From positions 32,001-96,000 of the IMG/VR virus record IMGVR_UViG_2864522212_000004: 64,000 bases of DNA; one strand, given 5' to 3'. The position numbers and the translations under genes were made by a program. The number at the start of each line of letters is the position of its first letter. Positions within the stretch are counted from its first letter, which is position 1. The stretch is from a virus. Taxonomy: Duplodnaviria; Caudoviricetes. The notes below the pieces were generated by a model that saw only the letters and a program-made list of their open reading frames with translations, did no database searches and was not told the DNA's origin. Positions 1-8,760 of this stretch are shown here, piece by piece.

Positions 1-636
1 GGGGAGAGGGGGCGTTTTGCGGGTATCTGCAAGAAGGCCATAGTCTCTTTCCAGATCGGCAAGATTCATTCCATGCAATCGGATGCGACGGAGCAACGTG
101 ATCTCATCCGCATCCAGCAGACACGGCCAAGCTTCCGTTCCTGACTGGATATGACGTACTCCGTTCAGCAATCGTGCGGTCTCGGCCATGGATTTATTGC
201 GTTTCGCGCTCTTCATGCCCGGCCAGTGTCGCAAAACGGACAGGTTCCCGCGAGCATCATCCAAAGCCGTCTTGACGACATTGCTGGTGGTCAACCGATG
301 GGCGAAAGGCTCGATGGCGCGAATGAAGCCGGCGTCCAGCAGAAAGCATTCGGTCGGCAATGTCAACGATTCCAATAGGCTACGATGGCCGTCGAGCAGT
401 CCGTCGATATAAGAAAGAGGTGTGAGGATTCTGATATCGAGGTCACGCATGTTCTGAGTCGTTCGAGCTTCGCCGAGCAGTATCTCCCAAGGCTGCGGCA
501 TCGTGATGACGCAAAGCGAGGGCTTGTTGTCCTTCGCCGCTAAACCATGCGCGTAGTCTCCTTCTATCCATGCGGAAATGATGCGTTGCTGGGGGAATTG
601 CTCCAGTGCTTTTTCGATGCTGTCGATGTTGTTCAC
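1..636 (-). CDS. Partial CDS (runs off window); degenerate pol-beta-fold nucleotidyltransferase-like protein (RlaP/YcgL-like)
   Basis: Hand-translated open frame from GTG at 636, overlapping the TGA of 633..1118: MNNIDSIEKALEQFPQQRIISAWIEGDYAHGLAAKDNKPSLCVITMP... It resembles the hhhh-GSxAxG-x5-DxD motif, but GS and DxD are altered. Not in the ORF track because there is no stop in the window. Confidence 0.5.
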   Translation of the reverse strand, partial: MNNIDSIEKALEQFPQQRIISAWIEGDYAHGLAAKDNKPSLCVITMPQPWEILLGEARTTQNMRDLDIRILTPLSYIDGLLDGHRSLLESLTLPTECFLLDAGFIRAIEPFAHRLTTSNVVKTALDDARGNLSVLRHWPGMKSAKRNKSMAETARLLNGVRHIQSGTEAWPCLLDADEITLLRRIRLHGMNLADLERDYGLLADTRKTPPLP

Positions 637-1118
637 GCCGTCAGTTCCATTCGCTTGGCAATTTCGTTGCGCCATGTCTGCACCAGCAGTCGGATATGCC
701 ATCCCGTACCGAGGTCGGCATTTTCCAAGTCGAATGGATCCCAATTTTTCGCAACGATACGAATGTCCCCTGATGTGCAATCATAGGAGTAGTCGATGGA
801 TGTGGTTCCGAGCTGAATTTTCGTTGTGCAGTAGGTTTCCGGGTTATCCACGAAGACTTGGACGACACTCCCGGGCAGTTTTGTGTCTGCCTTGTTTTGG
901 ACGATTCCGGTGTTGTTTGGGTTTGGGATTTTATATGTGGCTTCGTGGACGATGGAGATCAGTGCGGAGAGGAACCTCTGTTTTAGGGAGAGGTTGTCGC
1001 AGTAGGCGCACTTGGTGATGGGCTTGCCGGATCTTTCGAGTCGCAGGCTTCCGCATTTTTCACACTCGTATAGGGTGTAGGTCTTTCGTGCGTCTGTGAC
1101 GTCTTGTATGGGTTGCAT
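633..1118 (-). CDS. Hypothetical protein with N-terminal Zn ribbon
   Basis: CEKC...CAYC; RBS (AAAGGAAA) upstream; first gene after promoter motif 1148-1171. Confidence 0.75.
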   Translation of the reverse strand: MQPIQDVTDARKTYTLYECEKCGSLRLERSGKPITKCAYCDNLSLKQRFLSALISIVHEATYKIPNPNNTGIVQNKADTKLPGSVVQVFVDNPETYCTTKIQLGTTSIDYSYDCTSGDIRIVAKNWDPFDLENADLGTGWHIRLLVQTWRNEIAKRMELTA

Positions 1119-1147
1119 TTTCCTTTGGTTTTCTCTTTCAATCTTTT

Positions 1148-1171
1148 TATGTGGACATATTCAGTATAACA
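1148..1171 (-). promoter_or_regulatory. Conserved promoter/operator motif copy 1 (TGTTATACTGAATATGTCCACATA)
   Basis: Extended -10 TGnTATACT followed by palindrome TATGT-CC-ACATA; repeated 8 times in window. Confidence 0.8.
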
Positions 1172-1189
1172 TGTAAAATACAATATGGT

Positions 1190-1213
1190 TGTTATACTGA
1201 AGAAGTCCACATA
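1190..1213 (+). promoter_or_regulatory. Conserved promoter/operator motif copy 2 (TGTTATACTGAAGAAGTCCACATA)
   Basis: Divergent to copy 1; followed by GAGGAG RBS and TTG start at 1229. Confidence 0.75.
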
Positions 1214-1228
1214 AAAAGAGGAGGAGCG

Positions 1229-1672
1229 TTGACCAATCCGAAGAAAAACGGAGACCTGATGCTGCGGGTCCGGTATGACAGCGGAGCCGAACTCGCGGGT
1301 CCGGCTGTCATCACCGACGAGGGAGCCTTGCTTGTTTCGTTGGGCGGCGCCGCTTCCATGCTTGTGCAACGCGCGGATGGTAGTCTGCCGCCGCACATCA
1401 CCTTCGTGGATATACGGCCTAGTCATGTGGGATACGGGCTGCCGCTGACCGACGACATGGCGTACATGGCGGTGACCGCCATGCTGCGTGATGCGGTGGG
1501 CCTGCCGTTGAACGAGGCCGCTGACCGGTACGAATCCTGGCTGAACCGGGTGAGTCGGGCCGCGATCGAGAAGTGGGTGGACTCCCTGTCCATGCGCGAA
1601 TCGACCCAATTGCATGTGAAATACCTGGGCCGTGACGGTGCGGGCCATCCGAAGGAAGAGGAGGACGCATGA
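1229..1672 (+). CDS. Hypothetical protein; C-terminal half paralogous to 4938..5405
   Basis: RBS + TTG; shared GLPLTDDM...PKEExDA segment. Confidence 0.7.
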   Translation: MTNPKKNGDLMLRVRYDSGAELAGPAVITDEGALLVSLGGAASMLVQRADGSLPPHITFVDIRPSHVGYGLPLTDDMAYMAVTAMLRDAVGLPLNEAADRYESWLNRVSRAAIEKWVDSLSMRESTQLHVKYLGRDGAGHPKEEEDA

Positions 1673-1745
1673 CGCTGATCGAGCATGAGGCGCGCGAATA
1701 CTCCGATATGCGGTACATCATGCGCAAAGCCGAAATGAGCATCAA

Positions 1746-2105
1746 ATGAGCGTAAGAGTGGAAACAACCTACTTGGCGACATGCGACTACCCGGACTGTC
1801 ACATGACTTACGACTTCTGGGAGTTAACCGAGGAAGACGCAATCCTTGAAGTTATAGACAATGGAGAATGGCTATGCCTGTTCGCCGGTGACAATAAGCC
1901 GAGATTCTTCTGTCCCGCGCACTTGCGATACGTGCAAAACTCGCGGAATGTCTGGTCGAACGTATTTTACGATTCCAACAGTCCATACACGCAAACGACC
2001 TCGCACGCCTTGAACAGGTTCTACGAGGATATGAGCACACCGCAACCACTGCCAAAACTGCAATGCGATGACACCATACTCGCCGTTCTGCAAAACGAAA
2101 ACTAG
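1746..2105 (+). CDS. Hypothetical Zn-finger protein (CDxxxC...CPAH)
   Basis: ORF track; Cys/His pattern shared with 2592..2909. Confidence 0.7.
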   Translation: MSVRVETTYLATCDYPDCHMTYDFWELTEEDAILEVIDNGEWLCLFAGDNKPRFFCPAHLRYVQNSRNVWSNVFYDSNSPYTQTTSHALNRFYEDMSTPQPLPKLQCDDTILAVLQNEN

Positions 2106-2115
2106 GAGTGAAACC

Positions 2116-2304
2116 ATGACTACGAACGTGATTGATGCAATCCGCGAGAAAGAAGCTGATGCGCACGCAGAGCGGGAAGAGGCGTTTGCAGAGAGGAATC
2201 GGTTAAACCAAGCGTTTTTTGACGGGAAGCTTATCGCATACGCGGAAGTACTCAGGCTGCTCGGGGAAGACTTGGAGGAAAACGATGGCTACGAACGTAA
2301 CTGA
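2116..2304 (+). CDS. Small hypothetical protein
   Basis: AGGAG RBS, ATG 2116, coupled to next gene. Confidence 0.65.
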   Translation: MTTNVIDAIREKEADAHAEREEAFAERNRLNQAFFDGKLIAYAEVLRLLGEDLEENDGYERN

Positions 2305-2617
2305 AAAAGACAAGACCCTGAACGACGTAATCGAATGGTGCGGGGAACAGGTGTCCGGAATCGAAAAAAAGATTCCCACGGCGTCGGACGCGGATTTCCT
2401 CAACGGCGAACGATGCGCACTGCTGGCCGTCGCGGCGTATTGCGGAATAGGCGTCTGTACGGGCATGCACCCGGAATGCGTGCACTGCACGGTCCGCCAG
2501 TTGGAGCAGGCGCAGGCCGAAGGCCCGGCAACTCCCGACGTCTCGCCGAGCGACGCATACCGTCGGACGCACGCAAAGGGACGGAGGCTCGATGGCAAGA
2601 ATCAAAGAAACGTTTGA
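2285..2617 (+). CDS. Hypothetical protein
   Basis: GGAGG RBS, ATG 2285. Confidence 0.55.
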   Translation: MATNVTEKDKTLNDVIEWCGEQVSGIEKKIPTASDADFLNGERCALLAVAAYCGIGVCTGMHPECVHCTVRQLEQAQAEGPATPDVSPSDAYRRTHAKGRRLDGKNQRNV

Positions 2618-2909
2618 CAGCCGCGCTTGGTTCATGCTCGAATGCGATGACCACAACTGCGAACAACGGTTCGACGACAGCCAATGGTATGCGTACGAGG
2701 ACGATCTGCTGGCCGACGCGAAGGACGACGGCTGGCAGATCCTGTACAAGGACGAGCATCCCGAATTGGAACGCGACATGCACTACTGCCCGGCGCACCG
2801 GCTGCCCGAATGCGCGACATGCACGAACAACATGATCGATTCGACCGGCTGGAAGAACGGACAATGTCCCGAATGCATCAAGGAGGAGATCCCGATTGAA
2901 CGGTCATGA
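2592..2909 (+). CDS. Hypothetical Zn-finger protein
   Basis: CDDHNC...HYCPAH...CATC...CPEC; GGAGG RBS. Confidence 0.7.
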   Translation: MARIKETFDSRAWFMLECDDHNCEQRFDDSQWYAYEDDLLADAKDDGWQILYKDEHPELERDMHYCPAHRLPECATCTNNMIDSTGWKNGQCPECIKEEIPIERS

Positions 2910-3756
2910 TTTCACGCGCGAACAGAACATGGAGGCTCGTATCAGATTGGCTGCGGCGCGCCGCGAACTGGCGGATGCGGTCAACGATGCCACGACCGGC
3001 ATCGGCTGTCTGACCTGCGACGACCCGCAGACCATGAATCATATCCGCGCATGCTGGAAACGAATCTACGACCGGTATCTCGAAACGGACAGTCTGATCG
3101 CCGACCTGGCCGCCTGTGCGCGAAACATCACGGACGGCGGCGAATGGAAGCCGAGTGAACTCGCAACGGAATCGAAGCCCATAGACATGGCCGAAGGATG
3201 CGCCTGCTTCACCGCGGAGACCCCGGACCGGGTCCTCATCACCCCGTCGGAGCCGACGCCGGGCGAGAACACGGCGAAACGTCTCGCGAACACGCTGAAC
3301 GCCCTGACGGGGGATGTTCTCCTGGATGCGACCGGCATCCGCCTGCTCGGCACCCGATTCCTGTTCGCCTACCATGGCCGGCTCGACAGGCCCGTCGATT
3401 ATGGCGTGAACCTGACCAGCATGAGGTTCCCCGACCGGCTCGGCCTGCTCGACCGGGCGGACCGGCATCCGGGGTTCCTCCCGTTGCGCCCCGTCGTCGC
3501 CAACGGGACCGGCGCATTGGAACGGTCGGGACGCGAACTGTGGGCGATCACCGCGCGTACGCTCGGCCGGCTGCCGCACGGACGGTTCTTCGTGGATCTG
3601 ACCATGTTCGCGGACCATCCGAAGATACTCGAACGGTTCGCCGTCCGTTACGGGAAATACCTGAAAGACAACCGGACCGCCCTGGACGCGGCCATCATCG
3701 ACCCGACCGGCCTCGTCGCCCGCCACGTCGCCACCATCAAACCGAAATGGGATTAA
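2896..3756 (+). CDS. Hypothetical protein
   Basis: AGGAGG RBS + TTG; 286-aa ORF in operon. Confidence 0.7.
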   Translation: MNGHDFTREQNMEARIRLAAARRELADAVNDATTGIGCLTCDDPQTMNHIRACWKRIYDRYLETDSLIADLAACARNITDGGEWKPSELATESKPIDMAEGCACFTAETPDRVLITPSEPTPGENTAKRLANTLNALTGDVLLDATGIRLLGTRFLFAYHGRLDRPVDYGVNLTSMRFPDRLGLLDRADRHPGFLPLRPVVANGTGALERSGRELWAITARTLGRLPHGRFFVDLTMFADHPKILERFAVRYGKYLKDNRTALDAAIIDPTGLVARHVATIKPKWD

Positions 3757-3759
3757 GCA

Positions 3760-3948
3760 ATGGGCTATGTTCGAATCATGTGGGTCGGAGCCAATCTTCT
3801 CGCACTCATTCCTCTGGCGCCGCTGCTCAGATCGAAAGACCTGAGGTTAGGACGATTGCATGCGGCCATCGCGTTCACAATCATGTTCTCGGAGCTGGTT
3901 TCGTGGCTGTTGTTCCTCGGCCTATCCGTTTTGGAAGGATTTTTCTGA
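3760..3948 (+). CDS. Small membrane protein
   Basis: Two hydrophobic segments; in operon. Confidence 0.55.
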   Translation: MGYVRIMWVGANLLALIPLAPLLRSKDLRLGRLHAAIAFTIMFSELVSWLLFLGLSVLEGFF

Positions 3949-3957
3949 TGGACTTAT

Positions 3958-4005
3958 CGAATCGCGCCGTAAGACCACAGGCTTCAGTCGTGGGGAGGAA
4001 GTCAA
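3958..4005 (+). mobile_element. 48-bp IS200/IS605 left-end/right-end hybrid (mini element or recombination scar)
   Basis: TTAT|13 nt|AAGA + hairpin CCACAGGCTTCAGTCGTGG + GGAGGAAGTCAA tail like the right end at 16236. Confidence 0.7.
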
Positions 4006-4248
4006 TTGCCTGAATCGGGGATCGTCGGACCGGCCGAACCTTGCGACGGCCGCGACGGGGAATGGCCGGTGGAATGGGACGGCGGGCACGGTCTGCTCGT
4101 CGTCCGCAGGTTGAAGGCCGAACTCAAGGAGATTCGCTGATGCACAGAGGATTCTGCACGGATTGCGGCGCGTACGCGGCCTTGGGCGAAAACGACAGAT
4201 GCGCCGCCTGCGACGCATGGCGTCACAGGGAGGAGGAAAGGCAGGATC

Positions 4249-4941
4249 ATGTCTGAATGGTGGGACCGTTACCTGTTCGACGATCTGATTGGGTTGGAGG
4301 CCGCGGCCGTGGCCTCGGACGGCAGCCGGCATATCGGCCCGTTCGTCCGTTTTGGGGATTATCTGACGGTAGACGATACATGCGTCTTCACACGGAAGGA
4401 CAAGGGCGATGGCGTGCGGCTCATGGAAGAAGTCGACCATGTGCGTCTGCGTCCCGAGGAGCCGTTCTGGCAGGGTCGTTTTCTGGACGAGCTGGAAGGA
4501 GTCCGGGTGCGCGTCGAATTCGGGGGACGGCGTGGGGCGTTCGAGGGGCCGCTGGAACCGTTTGACGGCGTATTGGGCCTCCGGGCCGGCGGCCGTGGCA
4601 TGGAATACGTGTTCGGCGATTCCGGCTACCGGTTCGCCCAACCGGGCTTCGTCAGGGTCAGACCTGTGGAAGACCAGCCGGACGAACCGGTGCCGGCCAT
4701 CAACGCCTCCCGTCTCATCGAATCCCGGACCCTGCTGCGCGTGGCCCGCCGTCAGCTCGCCGAAACGGAGAATCTACTAACCCAATCATTTTCTCGGCTA
4801 CCGCGTTTCAGCAAAGAGGATGCCAGCCGAATGGAAGCCCGCCGGCATGATATCGAAAACAAGATGTTTGAGCTGCGCGAACTGATTGGCGAACAATCGT
4901 ACGATCTGAACTCAATCGAATCGAAAGGACAAACAAGATGA
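4249..4941 (+). CDS. Hypothetical protein with C-terminal coiled coil
   Basis: ORF track, RBS, coupled to next gene. Confidence 0.7.
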   Translation: MSEWWDRYLFDDLIGLEAAAVASDGSRHIGPFVRFGDYLTVDDTCVFTRKDKGDGVRLMEEVDHVRLRPEEPFWQGRFLDELEGVRVRVEFGGRRGAFEGPLEPFDGVLGLRAGGRGMEYVFGDSGYRFAQPGFVRVRPVEDQPDEPVPAINASRLIESRTLLRVARRQLAETENLLTQSFSRLPRFSKEDASRMEARRHDIENKMFELRELIGEQSYDLNSIESKGQTR

Positions 4942-5405
4942 ACGATGGAAAAAGGCAAGTCATGGGCGAGTCGAAACCAGACGAGAATCCTATTGCCACC
5001 ATCCATTACGAGAACGGCACGGAGCTGACCGGAAAGGCCGTCACCCTACAAGATGGAACAGTTGGAGTCAGGATTCCCGGCGAATTCTTCAAGACGGCGC
5101 TCCTGCCTGACGGTTCGATGCCTGATGGCGTCAAATCGGTGGATATCGGCCCCAAGCATGTGGAGGGCGGTCTCCCGCTGACCGACGACATGGTCTGCAT
5201 GGCGGTCACGGCCATGCTGCGCGACGCGGTCGGATTGACGTCGGGCGAGGCATCGGATGCGTATGAGACATGGCTGAACCGGGCGAAAAGGGCCACAATC
5301 GAGCATTGGGTGGACTCCCTGCCCATACGCGAATCCACGCGACTGCATTGCAAGTATCTCGACCGTGACGGAGCCGACTATCCGAAGGAAGAGGGGGACG
5401 CATGA
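4938..5405 (+). CDS. Hypothetical protein; C-terminal half paralogous to 1229..1672
   Basis: ATGA overlap; shared segment. Confidence 0.7.
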   Translation: MNDGKRQVMGESKPDENPIATIHYENGTELTGKAVTLQDGTVGVRIPGEFFKTALLPDGSMPDGVKSVDIGPKHVEGGLPLTDDMVCMAVTAMLRDAVGLTSGEASDAYETWLNRAKRATIEHWVDSLPIRESTRLHCKYLDRDGADYPKEEGDA

Positions 5406-5629
5406 TGTTGATCGAGCATGAGGCGCGAGTCGGACTGCCGCGCATGTGGGAGCATCCCAGACGCACCCGCACCCGGCGCGGCGGCGTCGTGGCGAGCATG
5501 GTCGGCGGATATACGGCGATACTGCTCGTCCGCCAGCCGAACGGCGTGGAGAACAGTATTCGCAGGCAATGCTCGACCCTGAACGAGGCCGAAAAATGGC
5601 TGGACGAACAGATGGGAGAGGACGAATGA
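5402..5629 (+). CDS. Small hypothetical protein
   Basis: ATGA overlaps at both ends. Confidence 0.65.
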   Translation: MMLIEHEARVGLPRMWEHPRRTRTRRGGVVASMVGGYTAILLVRQPNGVENSIRRQCSTLNEAEKWLDEQMGEDE

Positions 5630-6963
5630 GCGGCCGCGAGAAACCGGATGCGCCCGGACTGTGGCGGGATGCGAACGAGAAAACGGTCGTGGCCTGCATG
5701 GAATCCGGCGAGCTCGCGATACGGGATGCGGACACCGGCGAGATCCTGTCCGCGGGACAGCTGGAACAGGCCGCACCGTTCCAGCGAACCGAATGGAAGG
5801 GGATAGACCTGACCAGGGCCGGGTTCTCCGCCATGCCCGACACGGCGGGATGCTGGAGCGACGCGAACGGCACGCTCTGGCTCATCACAGGCGGCGACGG
5901 GATCGACGGGCACATCTTCCGGCTGAAGGAAGAGGGCCGCGAATGGGAATGCGCGCCTTGTTCCGGCATCACCGTGAGGATGCTCCACGAATGGGGCCCG
6001 TGGGCACGCTGCGACTTCAATCCGAAGGATGATGAAGCCGTTCGTTTTGACTGGTGCAAGCCGTGGATCGCCGATCATGGTTGGGATGATGATATGTCCG
6101 AACCCGCATCGTCTCTGCTGGCTCGTATCAAGGAGATTCGGAAGAGTCTGCCGGAGGAGAACGGCCTGTGGAGGTTCGGACATGCCGGGTCCGGCGTCGT
6201 CTTCGGGGACGGCGGCGGGAAGCGCCTGTTCCTGTTCGATTCGGGCGGAGGTTTCCTGGACGGGGGTTTGGGCTCATGCACACGGCTCCGACTCGGCATT
6301 CCGGTCGGTTCCGCGCCGATCCCGAACCTGCCGGGCGTGTGGATGGACAAGGACGGGAACCTGTTGGCGGTGTCCGGGGAACGTCGGGTGAGGATTTGGA
6401 ACAACCATGACTGGATGGCCGAAGAGCTTGACGACGATTCCGGGGAACCGTCCGCGCATGGCCCGTACACCCGGTATTCGCTCCAAACCGTCGAAGAGGT
6501 CCCATGGAAGCCGGAATCCGGCGATTCCACTCCGATCCATGAGGGGAGCCGCACCGTGCATCTCCCGGATGTCCGATCGTTCGGCCGTCTGGAACGGGAC
6601 AAGTGGCTTGCCGTGAAGAACCTTGAGGAGAGCGCCGAACTGGTGGAGGCCTGCAAGCAGTGGCTGAAGGCCTGTGATCCGGCCGATCCGAGCAGCATCG
6701 GCGACCAGTTCGACGACCATGCGAACTGCCTCGCCTGCTACGGGGTGAACGTGGGCGGCGAACTCGGCGACGACCGGGACAAGGCGAAGGCCGGCTGGAT
6801 AGGCCATGTGCGCGACCAGCGTCGCCAAGCCATGCTCGACGAGCTCGCCGACGTGCTGCAGACGGTAGGCAACCTGATCACGGCGTTCGGCATCACCGAT
6901 GAGGAGGTCGAACGGGCGATGAGCGACTGTCTGGAACGCAACAGGCGGAAAGGACGGCTCTGA
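5626..6963 (+). CDS. MazG-like nucleotide pyrophosphohydrolase with N-terminal tandem repeats
   Basis: C-terminus KNLEESAELVEA...DELADVLQ is the MazG ExxE...ExxD signature; four PxxxGxW repeats in N-terminus. Confidence 0.7.
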   Translation: MSGREKPDAPGLWRDANEKTVVACMESGELAIRDADTGEILSAGQLEQAAPFQRTEWKGIDLTRAGFSAMPDTAGCWSDANGTLWLITGGDGIDGHIFRLKEEGREWECAPCSGITVRMLHEWGPWARCDFNPKDDEAVRFDWCKPWIADHGWDDDMSEPASSLLARIKEIRKSLPEENGLWRFGHAGSGVVFGDGGGKRLFLFDSGGGFLDGGLGSCTRLRLGIPVGSAPIPNLPGVWMDKDGNLLAVSGERRVRIWNNHDWMAEELDDDSGEPSAHGPYTRYSLQTVEEVPWKPESGDSTPIHEGSRTVHLPDVRSFGRLERDKWLAVKNLEESAELVEACKQWLKACDPADPSSIGDQFDDHANCLACYGVNVGGELGDDRDKAKAGWIGHVRDQRRQAMLDELADVLQTVGNLITAFGITDEEVERAMSDCLERNRRKGRL

Positions 6964-7217
6964 TGGAGACCACGAGAATCTGGGATTCCCGCAACAACAG
7001 GCATGCGACGGTCGAACACGAGACGTTGAGACCATGCCCGTTCTGCGGCGGCACGCCACGAATCGACGATGATGTGGACGATACGACGGAACGGTACACG
7101 GTGCGCTGCGACTGCGGCGGGAGCATGCCGGGCCGGTACGTTCCGATCGACCCATCGTTCCAGACCCGCGTCACCTGCCTGCATTCGGCGGTCGAGAAAT
7201 GGAACAGGAGAGGCTGA
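6963..7217 (+). CDS. Lar-family restriction alleviation protein-like
   Basis: LRPCPFCGG...VRCDCG...AVEKWNRR pattern. Confidence 0.75.
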   Translation: METTRIWDSRNNRHATVEHETLRPCPFCGGTPRIDDDVDDTTERYTVRCDCGGSMPGRYVPIDPSFQTRVTCLHSAVEKWNRRG

Positions 7218-7549
7218 TGGACTACACGGACAGCGGCTTCAGGGCCGGTTTCCGACGTGGATTGCGTGTCGCATGGGATGCGATGCGCTTCCGCCCGCTC
7301 CGGCATGAGCCGTGGCCGTCGCCGCCCATGCCGTCCCTGCGCGACCATCTGGAAGCGTACGGCGGCACCCGTATGAGCCCGGCCGATTTCGACCGGTGCG
7401 AGACGGACTGGTATCGGATGCTTGACGAACGGAACCGCATGTTCGACCGTTACCTGCTGGGCATGCGCTGCGCACGGTATGCGGTGTCCGGCATGTGGAT
7501 TATCGCGTTCGCGATTGTCGGGCTGACCCTGGTCGAAGTGTCGTCTTGA
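7217..7549 (+). CDS. Hypothetical protein with C-terminal TM helix
   Basis: TGATG coupling; hydrophobic C-terminus. Confidence 0.65.
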   Translation: MDYTDSGFRAGFRRGLRVAWDAMRFRPLRHEPWPSPPMPSLRDHLEAYGGTRMSPADFDRCETDWYRMLDERNRMFDRYLLGMRCARYAVSGMWIIAFAIVGLTLVEVSS

Positions 7550-7554
7550 ACCGG

Positions 7555-7857
7555 TCAGAAGTTCTTCCCTCCACGACCGAACAAGGCATCGTGCGAGCCG
7601 GTGCGGGTGAGCACGAGGCACAGTTCGCCATGATCGATCCGGTAGATAAGAAGCCAGTCGCCCTCGATGTGGAGTTCGCGAAATCCGAGCCATTCGCCTT
7701 TCAACGCATGGTCGCGGTATTCGCGCTGCAATGTGTCCGCATCTTCGGCCATCAGAGTCTGGAGCGCCTTGCGCAGCTTGGCCGGGTCGTAGTGTTTTCG
7801 CTTCAGTCGCTTCCAGTCTCGTTCGAAGGTAGGCGTCCGGGATATGTCGTTAAGCAT
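7555..7857 (-). CDS. yafQ: Type II toxin, YafQ family mRNA interferase
   Basis: DHALKGEW-GFRELHIEGDWLLIYR...RTGSHDALF. Confidence 0.9.
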   Translation of the reverse strand: MLNDISRTPTFERDWKRLKRKHYDPAKLRKALQTLMAEDADTLQREYRDHALKGEWLGFRELHIEGDWLLIYRIDHGELCLVLTRTGSHDALFGRGGKNF

Positions 7858-8134
7858 CGAGATCCGCCATCAGATCGTCCACGCTGCCGAACCTTTTGCC
7901 GATGCCGTTCAGCGCCTCGTGTCTCGCCTGCCTGTTTTCGGCAGCTATGACCGCTTGCCGGTAGATGCGGTAGTCGTGCGCGTTGATGATGAAATAGGTG
8001 GGTTCTCCGTTGCGGAGCACGGTGACAGGTGTATCGTCCTCAACTTTGGCGAACTCGCTGCTTGCCCCCGCATGCCCGAATTTGCTGATCGGAACGATTG
8101 TGTCCAATGGGACGGTGATCGTTTCTGCTGCCAT
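7850..8134 (-). CDS. Type II antitoxin, Phd/YefM-like
   Basis: IVPISKF...PVTVLRNGEPTYFII; GGAGG RBS; overlaps toxin start. Confidence 0.8.
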   Translation of the reverse strand: MAAETITVPLDTIVPISKFGHAGASSEFAKVEDDTPVTVLRNGEPTYFIINAHDYRIYRQAVIAAENRQARHEALNGIGKRFGSVDDLMADLDA

Positions 8135-8286
8135 CGCAAACCTCCAAAAGGAATATATACATATATGTATACAAATGTACACCCATTTTGTAATATCCAC
8201 CATCCTTCCGAGAAGAGCCGGAACATTCCGATGGCGGCATCGAAATGTGGAACGCATACGGGAACCGATGCGGAAAGGAACAACTG

Positions 8287-8760
8287 ATGGACAAAATCGA
8301 TACTGAAATCCGGTTCGCCGACATGGCGGAGGAACGGTTGCGCCGCGAGGATCCGCACTATCGTGTCTGGTCGTTCACCGATGACGATGATGTGACGGCA
8401 TTGTATCTGGGCCGCGTGGACATGAACGGGGAGCCGGTGGAACGGTACGACCGGACACGTACGATTCTCGCATTCGATGGAGACAGGGTGTTTGCGAAAT
8501 GGCATGGCGGACGCCTGTTCGAGGGCGGCCGCCTTGCCGAAGCGTGGATCGACGTGTTGAGGAGAAATCGGGAAACGAATACCTTGAAAGCCCTGTTGGA
8601 TGACGGATTGGACACGTTGCAGGAACTGTTGGAGGCGATACCGCAGGACAGTCGGCAACTTTCATGCGAGGAGCTGGTGCCACGGCTGCGCAAGGCGTTG
8701 GGTCAGGCGAAGACCTGCGGGAAACTGGAGCAACAAATCAGGGATCTGGAGGAATCATGA
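8287..8760 (+). CDS. Hypothetical protein
   Basis: AAGGA RBS; coupled to ATP-grasp gene. Confidence 0.7.
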   Translation: MDKIDTEIRFADMAEERLRREDPHYRVWSFTDDDDVTALYLGRVDMNGEPVERYDRTRTILAFDGDRVFAKWHGGRLFEGGRLAEAWIDVLRRNRETNTLKALLDDGLDTLQELLEAIPQDSRQLSCEELVPRLRKALGQAKTCGKLEQQIRDLEES

